A DNA stretch of 63,873 bases, filler included, from Octopus bimaculoides (taxonomy: Eukaryota): the NCBI RefSeq assembly GCF_001194135.2. It is 6 parts of 6 records of this genome, joined end to end, with 100 filler letters (N's around TTAATTAATTAA, not from the genome) between each part and the next. Parts side by side here need not be neighbours in the genome. Positions count along the whole stretch, not along the records: positions 1 to 29,056 come from NC_068994.1; positions 29,157 to 34,551 come from NC_068992.1; positions 34,652 to 37,272 come from NC_068981.1; positions 37,373 to 42,991 come from NW_026370345.1; 2 more parts are not named here. One strand, given 5' to 3'. The notes beneath the pieces are model-generated. The model was not told the DNA's origin and made no database searches. It saw only the letters and a list, made by a program, of their open reading frames with translations. Made by a program: the position numbers and the translations under genes. Below are positions 26,357 through 39,066 of the stretch, one piece after another (position 1 is the first letter of the stretch; each line of letters opens with the position of its first letter).

Positions 26357-27345
26357 CACACTCTCTCTTTTGTGCCTCACAAGTGTTGTTCCTTTCACAA
26401 AGTTCAAAATCTGATTTATTGCTGCTGCTGGTGGTGGTGGTGATTTCTAATTTTCATGGCAGGTGTCTAGAAAGCCGGGGTCGTCTGGTGATGGTGGTGG
26501 CCTTGGTGGGGGTAGCAGTGGTGGTTGTGGTATGCAGTGTTTACAAGCTGATGACAATGATGATGCTGATGGTGGTGGTGGTAGTTTAAGGAGAAGCAAG
26601 AGGGACGTTTGTGTGGGAGGCAGAGGGGAAGGAGAGAGAGAGAGAAAGAGATGAAGTGGGGAACACAAAGGGGAAGAGTAAGAGGCGTAGATGGGTTGCT
26701 GGGGGTGGGGGTGCAGAAATAAACTCTTTGGAACATATTTTGGTAAATATCCCCCCTCCCCCTTTCCAGAGGGTGGCGGGGAGGAGTGGTTTGAGGTGAG
26801 ACGTAACTCTCTTGAGGGTCATGTGTGTGTGTGTGTGTGTGTGTGTGCACACATATTTATCTTTCTGTCTATTTATCCATGTATATGTGTGTGAATATAT
26901 ATGTATGCACACGTATGTATATGAGCACACATTATATAGTATGTGTGTGTGTGTGTGTGTGTTTAGTGAAGCAAAAGATTTCTTCTGCAAAACATGTAAC
27001 TCATGAGAGAGATTCCAGTACTGGAAAATATTATGTGACTATTATTACTATAATGCAACCAAAGACTGCGTCTTTGGATACACGAGTAAGCACAGACACA
27101 CACACACACACACACACTCTGTCATCTCAACAATAACACCTGTTAATTTCCCCCCCCCCCTCCTCCAGGACCTCAGAAGACATTGCAAATGAGTGGTTTC
27201 AGCTGTTTCTCCTGGTTGTGTTAACACAGCCATCCTAGAGATGACACATGCTAGACATTTGCTAGCAAGAATGATGAGATTATGTGACATTAATGCTTTT
27301 CTTTGGAGCAAATGTTTTCAGCCAGTGTACTGTAACACACACTGC

Positions 27346-27399
<54 letters not shown>

Positions 27400-27615
27400 C
27401 CAGGTGATGTTTTTGGTCTGGGACAATAACAGTGAAAATCTATCTGGAGGGCCAGCTGCAGCTATGTGAGGGTCAAGTCACAATGTGCCAGGTGCATTGC
27501 TGCATGTGTATTTCTTAGCAGAAAAGTGCAGTACATGCACCCATCTGTGTTTCAAAATAATGTTTATAATTAAAAAAAAAAACATTTTTAGCTGCCAATA
27601 TTGTTGTGAAACAGC

Positions 27616-27833
27616 TGAACCCATTAGCGTTCAGATTACTCTGTCAAATGTAATCCTTACTTAATCCCATTGATTTGGATTAACCCTGTATTATTTCATG
27701 GCTCTGAGATTTCAATGATGGGCTTGTTTATTTTTTAAAAGGACATTGGGAGAGGCCAGATCTGACCAGTTTCAACATAAAATGTGTAGAATATTTGGGC
27801 CAGATATGGACAGTTGAAATGCTAAAGGGTTAA
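27616..27833 (-). mobile_element. ~220-bp TTAA-flanked MITE, copy 3
   Basis: TGAACCCATTAGCGTTCAGATTACTCTGTCAAATG ... AATGCTAAAGGGTTAA. Confidence 0.75.
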
Positions 27834-28738
27834 ACATGGACCAAGTTGTAGAGAGATAAAAGTTGGAAATCACAGCTATAGAGAAAATCTGTGTTGGGGA
27901 TTGAAACCAGAATGCTGGTCTGGCTTTTAAACAGCATAACCTTGTAGTCTGGGATTTTTACTTTCTGATTACAAATCTTGCAGAGATCAACTTTACTCTT
28001 TGTCCTTCCTGGGTTAACGAAGGAAATTTATGAGTCAGGAAGTGGAAGTCAGCCCTAAACAACTGCTCTCTCTCTCTCTCTCCTGCAGTATTTGTGGTTT
28101 TGGCTTTATGTCAACCATCAATACAACAAATGGGTGAGGGCCTTGGGTTTATGTCAGCGACCAACATAATAAACATGTTAACTTGTCCCCTAGCAGCTGC
28201 TAGTTGGGGGTAGAACATTAGGGCATTGGATGGAATGGCAAGTGGCAACTGTTCTGAATCTGTTATATCTTGAGTTAAGGGTTCAATTTCTTGTATTGTT
28301 GAGGGCTAATCAGATGTGGACCATGAGACTATGATTAATGGGTTGTAAAGCAGTAATGGGTATGGAGTTAGGGGTTAAATGTAGTCGAACAATGATGTTG
28401 GTCAAGAGACTGAAGAGATGTGTGTGTGCGTGTGCAGTGGGGATATCACAACGATGAAGGGCTTGTCTGTGTAACGGGATTCAATTAAGACTTGTTACAA
28501 GTAAACTGAATATTTTTGTAAATAGATTTTCCATCCTTTTCTTTGCCTTTTTACTTGCTGCCTCCCGTCCATTTTCTTCCCCTCTTGCTCCTAAATTATC
28601 ATTCTCTTCATCACCAATATCATCATCACCACCACCAACACCATCATCACCATCATCTTCATCATCATCGTTATCATCATCGTCAACATCATCATCATCA
28701 GTCTAGTTAATATGTATAAATATATATAGTAAGGTCAC

Positions 28739-28906
28739 CTTGCTGGCCACTGCCCCACCTCCAGCTCTCTGCCATGCTTCACTCCATTCGGGTTCATTGG
28801 GTCGCTGCTGGGTACGAAGTGTGTCGTGGAGGTAGTTGGAGAGGGTGGCTGCTGTGTTGGGTTGGCTCACCTCACCAGAGGTGACAGCTATGGGCTGATG
28901 GTACAT
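28739..28906 (-). CDS. Orphan 168-nt coding exon (phase 0-0), product unidentified
   Basis: Acceptor TACTTTCTGTCTTGGCCTTCAG, donor AAG|GTGACC; only one frame open: MYHQPIAVTSGEVSQPNTAATLSNYLHDTLRTQQRPNEPEWSEAWQRAGGGAVASK; GC-rich and non-repetitive with CpGs retained in a CpG-poor background. Confidence 0.65.
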
Positions 28907-29056
28907 CTGAAGGCCAAGACAGAAAGTATAGATACGTATATATATATCACTGATCACACAGATTACATCAGCAACCGCATACATATTGCATGGCACACAC
29001 ATACATACAAACACACATACGCACATGTATATGCATATATATATATATATATATAT

Positions 29057-29156
29057 NNNNNNNNNNNNNNNNNNNNNNNNNNNNNNNNNNNNNNNNNNNN
29101 TTAATTAATTAANNNNNNNNNNNNNNNNNNNNNNNNNNNNNNNNNNNNNNNNNNNN
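29057..29156. other. Assembly join spacer
   Basis: 44 N + TTAATTAATTAA (29101-29112, stop codons in all six frames) + 44 N. Confidence 0.95.
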
Positions 29157-29990
29157 AAACGAAATCAGTGATGGATGAGGTGAAGCAGTCGATCCCTATT
29201 AAATTGAAGCATTCGTATACAGAATGGAAAAAAAATTGGAGAAGAGAGACTAAAAAGATAGAAAGGAAAGAAAGAAAGAAAGGAAGAAAGAAGGAAGGAA
29301 AGGAAGAAAGTATTGAATTGAATGCATACGTGAATGACTTAATATCTAAATGAATGAATGAGATATAAAAGAGAATAAACGAAAGAAATGTATATAGTAA
29401 CAATATTGAATAATTGAATTATGTATATACATTCATACATGAACACATACATACGTATGTATATATATATATATATATATACATATGTATGTGGAGCGAC
29501 TAAACGGAATCGGTCATCGGAGTGTTTTATTAATAAATCATAACCTTTAATAATAAAACTGCTTAATATTATATAACTGTAAAGTGTTTTTCGAGCTGGA
29601 TTTTATAGCAGTGTACTAAGTGTGTGGAATATATCTACATTTTAAGACTCTACCACATGAATACTGAGTTTTATTTTAGCTATTATTGTTTTGTTCTTTT
29701 GTTTTTCCCCGTATACGCGTTGTTAAATAAAGGAAGCGAGTTCAACTCAGAGCAGCTTTGTCGAATTTTTCCCAGATTAGTTTAGCTCGTTTCAGGTCAC
29801 TCCAATATTGCTTATCTCATTTCAGCTGGGTCCAACTCAATTTCTGTCGGTCTCACACCAGTTTAGTTCATTTTAGATGGGATCAAATCAGATAGTTTGC
29901 TTATATTATTTCATCTCAGATTCCAACAACTCAGTTGAGTTCGGGGAAATCTTAGTATAAGAGGATGCTTATCGATATGATCCATATCAG

Positions 29991-30037
<47 letters not shown>

Positions 30038-31112
30038 GACGAGTAGCTATATTTTTGAATAGNNNNNNNNNNNNNNNNNNNNNNNNNNNNNNNNNNNNNN
30101 NNNNNNNNNNNNNNNNNNNNNNNNNNNNNNNNNNNNNNNNNNNNNNNNNNNNNNNNNNNNNNNNNNNNNNNNNNNNNNNNNNNNNNNNNNNNNNNNNNNN
30201 NNNNNNNNNNNNNNNNNNNNNNNNNNNNNNNNNNNNNNNNNNNNNNNNNNNNNNNNNNNNNNNNNNNNNNNNNNNNNNNNNNNNNNNNNNNNNNNNNNNN
30301 NNNNNNNNNNNNNNNNNNNNNNNNNNNNNNNNNNNNNNNNNNNNNNNNNNNNNNNNNNNNNNNNNNNNNNNNNNNNNNNNNNNNNNNNNNNNNNNNNNNN
30401 NNNNNNNNNNNATGCACACACACAACTAAAACAAAGAGATTCAACATCAAGCTACATATTAAAATACAAATAGGTAATACATTCTACATATATGTATGTA
30501 TATTCCCGGGAAACGAACGTGTTTCTAGCTGTCGGACTTTATAGCCACATGTGCCTTCATCAGCAGCACTCTATAAGAATGTCATTGTTGATATACATCT
30601 TAGTTTAAAAACTGGTGATATAAGTAACCAGTTGAAACGTGAAGAACACAACCAAAATATACTTTGTAAGAGTTAGCTTATATTCTTTATCATAACCTCA
30701 TAAAATACATAAACGTTACACGTGTTTCACTAGTGAATTCTAGTTTGTTGCGCAGTAATTGTTACGTATGTGATTGCATAATCACATCGGAACGCCAGAG
30801 AATATAGTAATTTAATCGATTATTGTTTACCAGTGATAATTTAGAAGTATGTATTAACTTAAGAGAACACTTTTACACATAGCTATTAAAGAAATATGAT
30901 GATGTTCAACTCATTTGAGATAGACTGAGCTACTGAGATGCGTTAATTTGAGTTGTGCTCAGTTGTAGTTGGTTAACTCAAACTTAGCTGACGTGATGTG
31001 AAACGATCTAAGCTGATCTGCCTGATCTGACCTGAGGTGAACTGACCCATGCTGCAAGTTGCCTGAAGGGAACCTCTAAGCGATCGGTTTTTCTGCTGGA
31101 AATCGCGCCCTA

Positions 31113-31348
31113 CAGCCATTTTTGCCTGTGGACCCCTTCGTTTCCTATTTTACTCCACTGGATCCTCAGAGCTATTGAATGTTTTAGAAAACCCTATTCT
31201 CTTTTTATGATTAAATTTTAGGAATTGTATAAAGAATTAAAATATTTTGTATATTATAGATGCTTAAGCAATTTATAGCACATAAACTTTAACAAGAAAT
31301 CTAATGCGGATCCCCAAGAATCATATGGACCCCGGTCGAGAATCACTG
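31113..31348 (+). mobile_element. hAT-like MITE remnant
   Basis: TGTGGACCCC near the left end; right end GGACCCCGGTCGAGAATCACTG (reverse complement CAGTGATTCTCGAC, a hAT/Charlie-type terminus). Confidence 0.5.
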
Positions 31349-31470
31349 CCCACAATCTCAAAGCAATTGGAAGAGTACATTAGATAATGTTGTTCTAGAT
31401 ACACCATGATTGAACATATGTAGATGTATGTGTGTAGGTGTGAGTGCGTATTTGTGTGTGAGAGAGAGAG

Positions 31471-31503
<33 letters not shown>

Positions 31504-34099
31504 ACAAAGACGCGATGGATAAGATTTGAACTCATTTGATCATAGGTCTGATGAATGGTAGCTGACCTTGGGCTAAACAACGACAACAAAGATAACAGCG
31601 ACGGCCTATTGTACGGCTTTTCCTCAATTTGTAGTTTTACTTTGATGTTATTCCGCCGTAAAATTAAAAGCTTAGAGAACGAAGGCGAGAAAGACAGAAA
31701 AAAAAAATGGCAAATCACCCGCCGTACACCCCCACACATATACACATGTATATATANNNNNNNNNNNNNNNNNNNNNNNNNNNNNNNNNNNNNNNNNNNN
31801 NNNNNNNNNNNNNNNNNNNNNNNNNNNNNNNNNNNNNNNNNNNNNNNNNNNNNNNNNNNNNNNNNNNNNNNNNNNNNNNNNNNNNNNNNNNNNNNNNNNN
31901 NNNNNNNNNNNNNNNNNNNNNNNNNNNNNNNNNNNNNNNNNNNNNNNNNNNNNNNNNNNNNNNNNNNNNNNNNNNNNNNNNNNNNNNNNNNNNNNNNNNN
32001 NNNNNNNNNNNNNNNNNNNNNNNNNNNNNNNNNNNNNNNNNNNNNNNNNNNNNNNNNNNNNNNNNNNNNNNNNNNNNNNNNNNNNNNNNNNNNNNNNNNN
32101 NNNNNNNNNNNNNNNNNNNNNNNNNNNNNNNNNNNNNNNNNNNNNNNNNNNNNNNNNNNNNNNNNNNNNNNNNNNNNNNNNNNNNNNNNNNNNNNNNNNN
32201 NNNNNNNNNNNNNNNNNNNNNNNNNNNNNNNNNNNNNNNNNNNNNNNNNNNNNNNNNNNNNNNNNNNNNNNNNNNNNNNNNNNNNNNNNNNNNNNNNNNN
32301 NNNNNNNNNNNNNNNNNNNNNNNNNNNNNNNNNNNNNNNNNNNNNNNNNNNNNNNNNNNNNNNNNNNNNNNNNNNNNNNNNNNNNNNNNNNNNNNNNNNN
32401 NNNNNNNNNNNNNNNNNNNNNNNNNNNNNNNNNNNNNNNNNNNNNNNNNNNNNNNNNNNNNNNNNNNNNNNNNATATATATATATATATACAGAGAGAGA
32501 CAGAGCTTGATACTATATATTAAATATATATATATACTAATGAATATATCCAAGCGTATAAATATATATGTATGTATATATGCATGTATGTGTGTATGTA
32601 TGTATGTATAAGTACATATTAATGTATACTCATTATATTCGCACACATAGGGTAATGTCAATTACATCAGTTAACGAAAAGCAACTAAATACAAAATAGT
32701 GTTAAGAAGACTCATACACGCGCGCGCGCTTATAAACACTTGTATGTAAGTATGTATATGTACGTGTGTGTGCGCGCACGCACGCGCGAATATCTGTTTA
32801 GTATCAACTGCCGTAAATTGCCTGTTGACTCTATGCATCTACGGGTGAAAATCAGTGTAGTAAGAAACTGAACGAGTGTGTCTATATATACATACGTTTA
32901 CGTATGTATATATACATATACATATAGGCATATATATATATATANNNNNNNNNNNNNNNNNNNNNNNNNNNNNNNNNNNNNNNNNNNNNNNNNNNNNNNN
33001 NNNNNNNNNNNNNNNNNNNNNNNNNNNNNNNNNNNNNNNNNNNNNNNNNNNNNNNNNNNNNNNNNNNNNNNNNNNNNNNNNNNNNNNNNNNNNNNNNNNN
33101 NNNNNNNNNNNNNNNNNNNNNNNNNNNNNNNNNNNNNNNNNNNNNNNNNNNNNNNNNNNNNNNNNNNNNNNNNNNNNNNNNNNNNNNNNNNNNNNNNNNN
33201 NNNNNNNNNNNNNNNNNNNNNNNNNNNNNNNNNNNNNNNNNNNNNNNNNNNNNNNNNNNNNNNNNNNNNNNNNNNNNNNNNNNNNNNNNNNNNNNNNNNN
33301 NNNNNNNNNNNNNNNNNNNNNNNNNNNNNNNNNNNNNNNNNNNNNNNNNNNNNNNNNNNNNNNNNNNNNNNNNNNNNNNNNNNNNNNNNNNNNNNNNNNN
33401 NNNNNNNNNNNNNNNNNNNNNNNNNNNNNNNNNNNNNNNNNNNNNNNNNNNNNNNNNNNNNNNNNNNNNNNNNNNNNNNNNNNNNNNNNNNNNNNNNNNN
33501 NNNNNNNNNNNNNNNNNNNNNNNNNNNNNNNNNNNNNNNNNNNNNNNNNNNNNNNNNNNNNNNNNNNNNNNNNNNNNNNNNNNNNNNNNNNNNNNNNNNN
33601 NNNNNNNNNNNNNNNNNNNNNNNNNNNNNNNNNNNNNNNNNNNNNNNNNNNNNNNNNNNNNNNNNNNNNNNNNNNNNNNNNNNNNNNNNNNNNNNNATAT
33701 ATATATATATATATATATAAATACGTGTGTGTGTGTGTGTATGTATTTATATGTATGTATTTATATATATGTATGTATATGTATGTATGTATGTATGTAT
33801 GTGTGTATACATCTATGGGTACAGGACGTCACCAACAGTAAACAACATGAAATGCGAAAGCAAATGAGTTCAATACGCAAACAAGGAGACGAACAAATGG
33901 AAAACAGGACAAGTAACATAAAGAACGACTCCTTATTTCGAGCAATTACAAAACGTTATTGTACATTTGTTACAAAGAACACCTGAGATGTTAAATCTTC
34001 CTAAAGCTGTAAGCATTTAAACTGCCATTTAAAAAAAACCCACCTAAATATTTTGCTCATTGGTTGTCAGGATTAGTTAATCTACGATTATTATATAAG

Positions 34100-34260
34100 G
34101 CAGCTACCACGTAGGATCGCTAGAATGCCGGACAATATTCTTATCAGCATTTCGTCCGTCTTTACGTTCTGGTTTCAAATTTCGTCTAGGTCGGCTTTTC
34201 CTTTGATCAGTTCGAAGTCGATGAAATACATACCAGTTGGACACTGGGGTCTTTTCTATT
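34100..34260 (+). mobile_element. tRNA-derived SINE family E
   Basis: GCATTTCGTCCGTCTTTACGTTCTGGTTTCAAATTTCG...ACCAGTTGGACACTGGGGTC. Confidence 0.7.
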
Positions 34261-34361
34261 CTAAGCCTTGTGCTTAGAGTAAAAACGATTACGTAAGCAT
34301 TAGATTGAAACTCCAAGTAGCAATATGACCGGTCATGGAGACCACTTAAATCATGAATAAA

Positions 34362-34530
34362 GATGGAGGTGTCGCTGTGCGGTAAGAAATCCGTTTCCCA
34401 GCCACATGGTTCTTGGTTGAGTCCCACTCCGTCATTGCACCTTGGGAAAGTGCCTTCTACTAGAGCCGCAGGACAATTCAAAGTCTTGTGAGTGGATTTG
34501 GTAAACGGAAACTGTAAGAATCATGTCGTG
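34362..34530 (+). mobile_element. SINE family A, 5' half
   Basis: CTGTGCGGTAAGAAATCCGTTTCCCAGCCACATGG...GTGAGTGGATTTGGTAAACGGAAACTG. Confidence 0.8.
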
Positions 34531-34551
34531 TATATATATATATATATATAT

Positions 34552-34651
34552 NNNNNNNNNNNNNNNNNNNNNNNNNNNNNNNNNNNNNNNNNNNNTTAAT
34601 TAATTAANNNNNNNNNNNNNNNNNNNNNNNNNNNNNNNNNNNNNNNNNNNN
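34552..34651. other. Assembly join spacer
   Basis: 44 N + TTAATTAATTAA (34596-34607) + 44 N. Confidence 0.95.
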
Positions 34652-34657
34652 TATATA

Positions 34658-35256
34658 CAGGTCGTCGACGACTTACGACAATTGGTTCCGACTGACTGGT
34701 CGTAAGTCGATTTGGTCGTAAGTCAACCCATAGGTCTACATAGTGAGAATTTACAAAAAAAAAAAGCAAAAGACGAAGACAGGGTGTGTAAACAACAAAT
34801 AGATGTATTACTTTAACGCACGGGAAGTGAAAAAGTCTTTTACGTTTCGAGTATACAGAAAAGAACACAGAAATAAACAGGGAGAGAAAACAGAAAACGC
34901 TTTGTTTTATATTTCTACACTCTTAAGGTACATTCTCAGGTAAAAATCACAAACACAGCATTATACTAGCGTTAGTCAAAAATTTCGGAGTCTCAAGCAG
35001 TCGTTTCATAAACAAATACGAGGTTGCCTCAATGTCTCCGCGACAGGATAGTCATCCAACACAGTTGCGATCAATAACCAAACCTAGGGGAACGTTTATT
35101 AGCTGACATCATCCGTAGACGGGTTACTTTCTAAGAAACTAAACCCATTAGATTTTAACTGGACTATTTATTATTGTTGCCGGGAGCTGGCGCGCCAATC
35201 GTCGTAAAGTCGATCGGTCGTAAGTCGGATAGGTCATAAGTCGACGACGACCCATG
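34658..35256. mobile_element. Tigger/pogo-like MITE with ~20-bp TIRs
   Basis: Left GGTCGTCGACGACTTACGAC vs reverse complement of right GGTCGTCGTCGACTTATGAC (18/20); subterminal GGTCGTAAGTC repeats; TA flanks. Confidence 0.7.
34742..34910 (-). mobile_element. Family 1 retroelement tail with the hammerhead core deleted, nested in the Tigger-like MITE
   Basis: GAAGACAGGGTGTGTAAACAACAAATAGATGTATT...TTTTACGTTTCGAGTATACAGAAA; lacks the CTACGCTCTTCA stretch present in the 47050 copy. Confidence 0.7.
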
Positions 35257-35272
35257 TATGTATGTATATATA

Positions 35273-35306
<34 letters not shown>

Positions 35307-35411
35307 GATATATATATATATATATACACGTTTTTATATATATATATATATATATAATACCCCTCCTTTACTTTCCTAACCTCTCCTACTAACAGCGTTA
35401 CCCTGTTTTCT

Positions 35412-35451
<40 letters not shown>

Positions 35452-35634
35452 NNNNNNNNNNNNNNNNNNNNNNNNNNNNNNNNNNNNNNNNNNNNNNNNN
35501 NNNNNNNNNNNNNNNNNNNNNNNNNNNNNNNNNNNNNNNNNNNNNNNNNNNNNNNNNNNNNNNNNNNNNNNNNNNNNNNNNNNNNNNNNNNNNNNNNNNN
35601 NNNNNNNNNNNNNNNNNNNNNNNNNNNNNNNNNN

Positions 35635-35672
<38 letters not shown>

Positions 35673-36629
35673 GCTCAACAGACATAATTATAAATGATAA
35701 CACTATCAGAAACTGTGATTTGTGAGTGAATAACTTGTTTGGTTTCAAAGACTGCTAGCAGATCTTGCCAATAATTTATTTCCGAAATTTTCTCGTCTAA
35801 TGTTTATCAGTCGAAGTGAGCTATGAAAGATTACAGAGGATTGTTCTGTCTCGTAAAAGTCTTTCATTAAAATGTTCTTTGTACACAGTCGTATACAAAT
35901 AAATGGGATAAATTTCAGAGTCTTAAGAAAGAAAATACTGTATAATTTGTTCCTTTCGTTAGCAAATAATACCCTTTTATGAAAACTAGTACCAACATAA
36001 CTACGACGCGTGCGTAACCGAGACGGTAATGAGAACGCTGGTGGAATGCAACCTAAGTTTAGAGTGCGATTTTTTATATATATATTTTTACGTTTGTGTT
36101 TTCCTTTCTATTTCGAAGAGATTTTTTTTTTGTGGTGAAAGAAATGTCTACACTAATAATAAAAACTTCGATGTCTGCGAGATCTTCAATCAGTAATTAA
36201 TTCTGATTCTAATTGATCAACTGTTTTGCCTTGTTAGCTTGCTTTCTTTTAATGCAGACATCATAAACATTAGATGAAAGCCGAGACACATTCAGCGGTA
36301 AATTACCTTGTTTAGTCTTTATAATTCGCTTCCTATTTCTTTTCTTTCTGATCAATTAACATCGACGATATTAACTCCATAATTCAGGTGAACTTTTCTA
36401 ACAAGTGTTTTGGTAGTTTCTTACAATAAAGTCACTTATGTTTTTTTTTTCTTTTTATATTTTTGTTAGGGATTTTTTTTTTTTAATTACTCAGATTAAA
36501 ATGAGGAAAGACTTGTTACTGTTGTCATTCCCATTATCGTTTCTATCATTATTATTACCGTAATTATCATGGTCTGTCAGGATCGAGATATATTTAGTGC
36601 TAGAGTTAGAGTGGACGCAGCATGGCCGA

Positions 36630-36760
36630 GTGGTTACGTAGGTCGATTTGCTATCACTAGATGCCAGGTTCGGACCTAGCGGTATCTCGAACAAGTGTTT
36701 TTCACTCTAGACTTTCGAATCACATTCGTGGTCGTAGTGTTTCCTGCTGACCTGGTCAGA
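36630..36760 (+). mobile_element. Older tRNA-derived SINE
   Basis: A-box TGGCCGAGTGG, B-box-like GGTTCGGACC, then GAACAAGTGTTTTT as in other SINE bodies; no full cloverleaf. Confidence 0.5.
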
Positions 36761-37059
36761 CGAGTTTTTGTGCCGATCTTTAAGACGCTGGATTCTACTG
36801 TCAACAGCGACAGAAGATAGTAATTTCTTGAATTATTTCTTATGCAGAGTTTTGGAGAATTTTCAAGGTCTACACCCCTCATACAGAAGTTAGACGAAAA
36901 ATAAGGTCTATTTTTAAACAAGTTATATTTCTTTCCATTTGTCTACATGTATATAAATATGTTTGTGTGTATACGTGTATACATATATATATATATACAC
37001 ACATACATAAATGCATACATATATATATATGTGTGTGTGTGCGTGTGTATGCGCGTGGG

Positions 37060-37257
37060 GGGGTTACTTCATTGCGGATTAACAAGGCAACCAATAATTT
37101 GATGTAAAGAGGGATATCTTAATTTTTCAAGCCTACCATAGGAGAACGTTGGTACTCGTCTCCATTTTGGATGGTAGCCTTGGGAACCTACAAATGCAGA
37201 ATATTTATCCACCAATGCAGTGTAGAGCACTCATTATCACTGTTCGTTATTAGCGTG
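37060..37257 (+). mobile_element. MITE-like family F, body plus right TIR
   Basis: Homologous to 17100-17212; right end is the reverse complement of the 17051-17105 left end. Confidence 0.6.
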
Positions 37258-37272
37258 TGTATATATATATAT

Positions 37273-37372
37273 NNNNNNNNNNNNNNNNNNNNNNNNNNNN
37301 NNNNNNNNNNNNNNNNTTAATTAATTAANNNNNNNNNNNNNNNNNNNNNNNNNNNNNNNNNNNNNNNNNNNN
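37273..37372. other. Assembly join spacer
   Basis: 44 N + TTAATTAATTAA (37317-37328) + 44 N. Confidence 0.95.
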
Positions 37373-37629
37373 ACACCCTTTCATCACCGCCACCACACAC
37401 ATAAAAAAAAAAGTATATTGACCATCCAGTCACATGACCATTATTCAACCACTGATCATTACAAGAAAAGTCTTACACTACCACCACCACAACCACCACC
37501 CTCACCACACACATACACTCCTGGACCCCTTCCCTATATCACTCCTGCACGCATCAATGGATTCAAGACACAATGGCACGCATCACAAACTTTAGCCCAG
37601 GCCCACACTTCATCATTGCATAATCCTCT

Positions 37630-37792
37630 AACTAGAAGTTTCCCTCATGTTACTATATATATACAGGAGACAGCAGGGTGTGATTTGAGGGACATTTGGT
37701 TGCTATTTCTTGCATGCTTAGCTGCCACATAAGAGGCTTCCCTCGTTGGGTTATATATATACATGAGACAGCAGGGTGTGATTTGAGGGAGG
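37630..37792 (+). repeat. Local direct duplication (~93-bp period)
   Basis: TATATATACA(G/T)GAGACAGCAGGGTGTGATTTGAGGGA occurs twice; CAGCAGGGTGTGATT also occurs in reverse at 16421-16435. Confidence 0.7.
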
Positions 37793-37828
37793 TTATGATG
37801 CTTGTCCTGGGTACCATTTACTCTAGAT

Positions 37829-38027
37829 CAGGGGTTTTCAAACTTTTTGACCTGCGGACCCCTTTATATTTCAGGCTTTCCTTAGGGACCCCCTTATAAA
37901 CGCTTATGAAATTTATACATAAATATTTGCTTAAAATAACATATATTTTTACATTTTTTTTTATTTAACAGTATTTAACAGAATAGGTTTATTGTCAATT
38001 AAAAGATTTCGATTAAAAAAACATATA
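37829..38027 (+). mobile_element. hAT-like MITE, left part (runs into gap)
   Basis: CAGGGGTTTTCAAACTTTTTGACCTGCGGACCCC terminus. Confidence 0.55.
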
Positions 38028-38487
38028 NNNNNNNNNNNNNNNNNNNNNNNNNNNNNNNNNNNNNNNNNNNNNNNNNNNNNNNNNNNNNNNNNNNNNNNNN
38101 NNNNNNNNNNNNNNNNNNNNNNNNNNNNNNNNNNNNNNNNNNNNNNNNNNNNNNNNNNNNNNNNNNNNNNNNNNNNNNNNNNNNNNNNNNNNNNNNNNNN
38201 NNNNNNNNNNNNNNNNNNNNNNNNNNNNNNNNNNNNNNNNNNNNNNNNNNNNNNNNNNNNNNNNNNNNNNNNNNNNNNNNNNNNNNNNNNNNNNNNNNNN
38301 NNNNNNNNNNNNNNNNNNNNNNNNNNNNNNNNNNNNNNNNNNNNNNNNNNNNNNNNNNNNNNNNNNNNNNNNNNNNNNNNNNNNNNNNNNNNNNNNNNNN
38401 NNNNNNNNNNNNNNNNNNNNNNNNNNNNNNNNNNNNNNNNNNNNNNNNNNNNNNNNNNNNNNNNNNNNNNNNNNNNNNNNNNNNNNN

Positions 38488-38695
38488 CAATCAACTGGCA
38501 AAAATGAGTTGTACCTGTAATTCAAAGGGTCAGCCTTGTCACACTCTCTGTCACGCTGAATATCCCCGAGAATTACGTTAAGGGTACACGTGTCTGTGGA
38601 GTGCTCAGCCACTTGCACGTTAATTTCACGAACTGGCTGTTCCGTTGATCGTATCAGCTGGGACCCTCGACATCGTAACCGACGGAGGGCTCCTT
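38488..38695 (+). mobile_element. SINE family B, 3' part
   Basis: GAGTGCTCAGCCACTTGCACGTTAATTTCACG...CTGTTCCGTTGATCG resembles a SINE body I associate with cephalopod genomes; single copy here. Confidence 0.5.
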
Positions 38696-38900
38696 TTGTG
38701 TGTGTGTTTGTCCCCCCATCACAGCTTGACAACTGGTGTTGGTGTGTTTACATCCCTGTAGCTTAGCAATTCAGCAAAAAAAAAAAAAAAGAGACCAACA
38801 CAATAAGTACTAGGCTTATGAAGAATAAACCCTGGGGTTGATTTCTTCGACTGAATCCCCTTTAAGGTGGTGCTGTCAAATGACTAAAACAAGTACAAAA
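38696..38900 (+). mobile_element. SINE family A tail
   Basis: TTGTCCCCCCATCACAGCTTGACAACTGGTGTTGGTGTGTTTACATCCC...ATAAGTACTAGGCTT...CAAATGACTAAAACAAG. Confidence 0.8.
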
Positions 38901-39066
38901 ATAAAAGAAAGAAGAGAAAAAATAGGCAACGCCTACCCTCCTCGTTAAAAGATTGCAGGGGATAAAATGACCAGATGCTGTTAACGAAGTTATTTAATCT
39001 AAGCTGTCTGATAACGATGGTGATAATCCAGAGGCCTTTGAAATTATCAACGAAGAACTTATTTCT

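Noticed and set aside
28089-28133. 45-nt plus-strand exon with a (CT)n acceptor and GTGAGG donor
   Set aside because: The polypyrimidine tract is a microsatellite, it is antisense to the stronger exon, and no peptide is recognised
30515-30565. Minus-strand CTGATGA...GAAAC as a hammerhead
   Set aside because: No stem II adjacent to the core and no NUH triplet after GAAAC
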